DNA of 63,855 nucleotides, the filler included, from Rhabdomonas costata (Eukaryota), in the NCBI GenBank assembly GCA_019059605.1. It is 18 parts of 18 records of this genome, joined end to end, with 100 filler letters (N's around TTAATTAATTAA, not from the genome) between each part and the next. Parts side by side here need not be neighbours in the genome. Positions count along the whole stretch, not along the records: positions 60,435 to 63,855 come from JAHMHO010000873.1; 17 more parts are not named here. The stretch is one strand, 5' to 3'. Under the pieces are notes generated by a model, which saw only the letters and a list, made by a program, of their open reading frames with translations, was not told the DNA's origin and did not search any database. Position numbers and translations under genes: made by a program. Shown in pieces: positions 61,005 through 63,855 of the stretch (the first letter of the stretch is position 1; each line of letters starts with the position of its first letter).

Positions 61005-62892
61005 AAAACACAGCGTGGCCGGTCCGTGGGGTCAGAGTTTCCTAACCTTTCATCCTCGGCAGGTGGCGGTGCCCCTTGGCGGCTCTTTCGTTACCCTTTT
61101 GCGCCACTTCTTGCCCCACGCAGCGGAGGGTTTAACGACGGCACGCTCAACGCGTGTACAACAAAACACACACACCGCCCCGCCTCTCCTGTCACGCCGA
61201 ACGGGGGTAATAGTGGCAAAATGATATTTTGTCTGGTGATTTCATTCACTATTTCGCTTCGGGGGAACCAAAAACAGGCGGAGTCAACTTGAGTGTCCCA
61301 GCCGTCGGCCGGTGACGACGGCAAATACGGCGGCGGCTCGACCCCCCGCTGGGTACACCGGGGCATCTGGACCGCCACAAAGACGGGCGGGCGGCGACAG
61401 TGGTGGCCGGGGCCCTGCTCACGTGCCCAGGCATCAAGCCGCTGACGTACATGCTAGACCTGGGTTGAGATGATGGTCTCTTCCATTTTTTTGTAAGGGG
61501 AGGGGTTTCTGTGTCTGCTACCGTGGTTTTGGTATTGCTGGGCCTCTCCGGTCTTATTTTGGCAATCTACCTCCGTCATAGCAGGCTTATTCAGATTATG
61601 TGTATGTGGCGATTGGAATGCGATTATCGGCCCCCCTCTTCCAGCCGCCATCGAAATTTGGCCCACGGCAATTCGAGTGAAGAATGGAAGGGAAGGGATG
61701 CTTTTTTTTTTTGCAATTTGACGAAACCCCCCCTTCTCCTCATAGGATCACGTTTTCTTTTTTAACTGTCGGGTTCACAGGTAGGTGCAGCCTAAGCGGT
61801 ACAAGGGTCATCATCGTTGTGGCCGAGTGCACACTTGCCCGCAGTGCTGAGTTTTGCAGCGATCATGCTCAGGGAGTCGAGGTCAATTATGCTGGGGATG
61901 AGCCAGCTGTTCGCTGACTGCTGTACAGCCATCCGTCCTTGTGTATTTCTGAGTCCCCGAGTCACCGGTGGCCGTAGAGTCCCATGGTGCCAGAGCTCTC
62001 GGCGAGGAAATGTCTTAATGTGCCCTCGTGCCAGTTTATTCCCCGTTCGCGCCTTTTCTTGGAGGTGGTGGTTATTCTGGGCACACAGGGCAGAGCTCTT
62101 CTAAAGGCCTTATCTGCACACCAAATCAGCGTATCACCTTGCGAAACACCGCCTTCATTATTCGGAAGGAAGACTCCGGTTACGAATGCAGCCTGCGTTC
62201 CTCTCTGTTCAATGGGACGACGTAATCAAAGCATTTTCTCTGAAGATCTGTTCCGCGTTGCAGTGCCAAAGAAAAAGGGATTTTTGATTGTGTCTCCACA
62301 GGTGTTTCCCCCGCATCTTGTGCCTCTTCCCGTGTTCTTGCTCTTCTTCCCCGTTTTTGCGCCTTGGCTTTGCCTCCTGTAAAATGCTTCCACTGTACCC
62401 TTGCTGTTTCGGGGTTGACGTCGCGCCGTGACTTCCTTGCTTTTCGGCGCCTTTTGCTGTTTCTGACATTTGACAACTCATCTTCCCGTTCTGTGCGAGA
62501 ATGTCTGTTCCCCATGCCGACTTATTACGGTCTGAGTTAGAGCTGGCAAAGGTGCAGAGCTCACTTTCTGGGGGGGGGGTATAAGAATGTGTTGTTTGAG
62601 TAGTTTTTTTTAGCCCTGTTCTGATATATCACTCATCGCATAAGGGGCACGATACTAAATGCTGCGCTTGTCCACTGTGACTACTTCCTGAAACGTTCCC
62701 ATTTTTGGCCTGACACCCCCTTAAGTACCCTCTGGCGGGGAGTGAGCCGGGGTCTCTCATGGGTACCTGTGATGTTTATTCATATTATGCAAATCCACGA
62801 ACTCGTTTGCACCGGCTTTCAGTTCACCCCTTCCTTTCTTAAGCAACCGCGTGATACGAGATGTGTCCTGGAAACCTTCGTTGCTTATTCAG

Positions 62893-63249
62893 GAAAGGTA
62901 CCGTCGGCGCCACCACGAGCAGCAGGTGAGGCTGCAGAGCGGTGAGGCGCGTGCTCTGGAGCGCTCTCTGGAGGAGAGGGAGGCCGAGCTTCTGCAGCGC
63001 GAGGTAAACTACGAGAGGCAACTCCCTTTTTCTCAGACAGCTTTCCCACCACGAACAAGAAAAAGTGGAACAACTTCAGGTAGCAGACTTTGGTCACCCA
63101 CAACCGTACGAACGCATTATAGTGGAATTTCACAGTTGCGCCCTACCTTTTTGCACACTTTTCGCAGCAGCGACAAAGATTTTTGGAGGACCAGGAGAGG
63201 GACCTGGACCCAGGGGTCAGTGTGGAATCGCTGCGGCTGCAGCTCGAAG
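62893..63249 (+). CDS. Coiled-coil protein fragment (2 exons)
   Basis: Exons 62893-63003 and 63168-63249 with AG/GT ends: ERYRRRHHEQQVRLQSGEARALERSLEEREAELLQRE|QRQRFLEDQERDLDPGVSVESLRLQLE. Confidence 0.55.
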
Positions 63250-63855
63250 GTGTGTTCTCGGCGGGGGGGGGGGGCAAAACACGCGAGGAAGGAAAAATTC
63301 GCAGACCTCAGTCGGTTCGAGAAGTAACAAACTCACACTCCAATTACCACCAAATTCTGCTTGAGCTGGAGCCTCACCTCACCTCACCACTTTGCCCATC
63401 CGCCACCATAAAAACAGCAACCTGAGCAAACCGCTACAAAAAATAGACCTGACCGACGTGTCAAAACTTTGGGCGACGCTACAAGCTGCTCCCTGAGATT
63501 TGCACGCCTGAAAAGCGGAGGGGCCCTGCCACCAGAGAAGAGTGGACGACAGCAGTGAGGACTTCTTTTGGCCGCACTTTTTTAGGTCCGGGCGCTTAAG
63601 TTGCCCAGGGCACTGCTTTCAATGCCTGGCAAAGGAGGAGAACAAAATTTCGCGGCCACGGTTACCCTGTCGCAAAATTTGTGCGCAGGAGCAAAGCAGG
63701 AAGGCAGATCGACAATCTATGTGTGTAGGTGCGTGCGCCACAAACACAGTAGCAAAGCTGCCCCAAAGGGAGTCCAACGGAAATTAGGGAGCGAGGAGGA
63801 GAGGGTTGCAAAGTGTGGTGCGGCGAAGTATAGTACACCCAGTGTAACCAAAAAC

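Noticed and set aside
1..63855. Spliced-leader RNA, 5S/rRNA, tRNA and U snRNA genes
   Set aside because: I looked for their conserved motifs by eye and found none convincing; a covariance-model scan would be needed to exclude them.
1..63855. Most of the supplied 60-230 aa ORFs
   Set aside because: They are antisense shadows of GC-rich exons, intron read-throughs, or runs into N spacers.

Overview
This window is not contiguous DNA. It is 18 unrelated contigs (mostly ~3.4 kb) joined by artificial 100-bp N44-TTAATTAATTAA-N44 spacers. Many contig ends carry G/T-only or C/A-only sequence that looks like whole-genome-amplification primer remnants. The source is an intron-rich eukaryote. A clear paraflagellar rod (PFR1) gene places it in Euglenozoa, and the abundant spliceosomal introns argue for a euglenid or diplonemid rather than a trypanosomatid. 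Gene fragments reconstructed by hand across GT-AG introns: NIT-domain membrane sensor, PFR1, a bacterial-type DUF1152 gene, a large hypothetical protein, a DOMON-ferric reductase fusion, a Dicer/RIG-I-type helicase, a plant-type LRR gene built from exact 72-nt exons, two tandem papain-family protease genes, cysteinyl-tRNA synthetase, TatD, a STE11-type MAP3K, PRP28/DDX23, an isochorismatase-like N-terminus and a DUF1746-like membrane protein. The non-genic space holds decayed retroelements (CRE-clade RT, DIRS-like tyrosine recombinase and CCCH fragments, RNase H). The most unusual signals are (1) a short dispersed hairpin element recurring on three contigs, with target-site duplications and a hammerhead-like core, (2) a compact ~195-nt multi-helix RNA-like structure at 10.4-10.6 kb, and (3) the cassette-like LRR exons. 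All family calls come from motif recognition; no searches were run.
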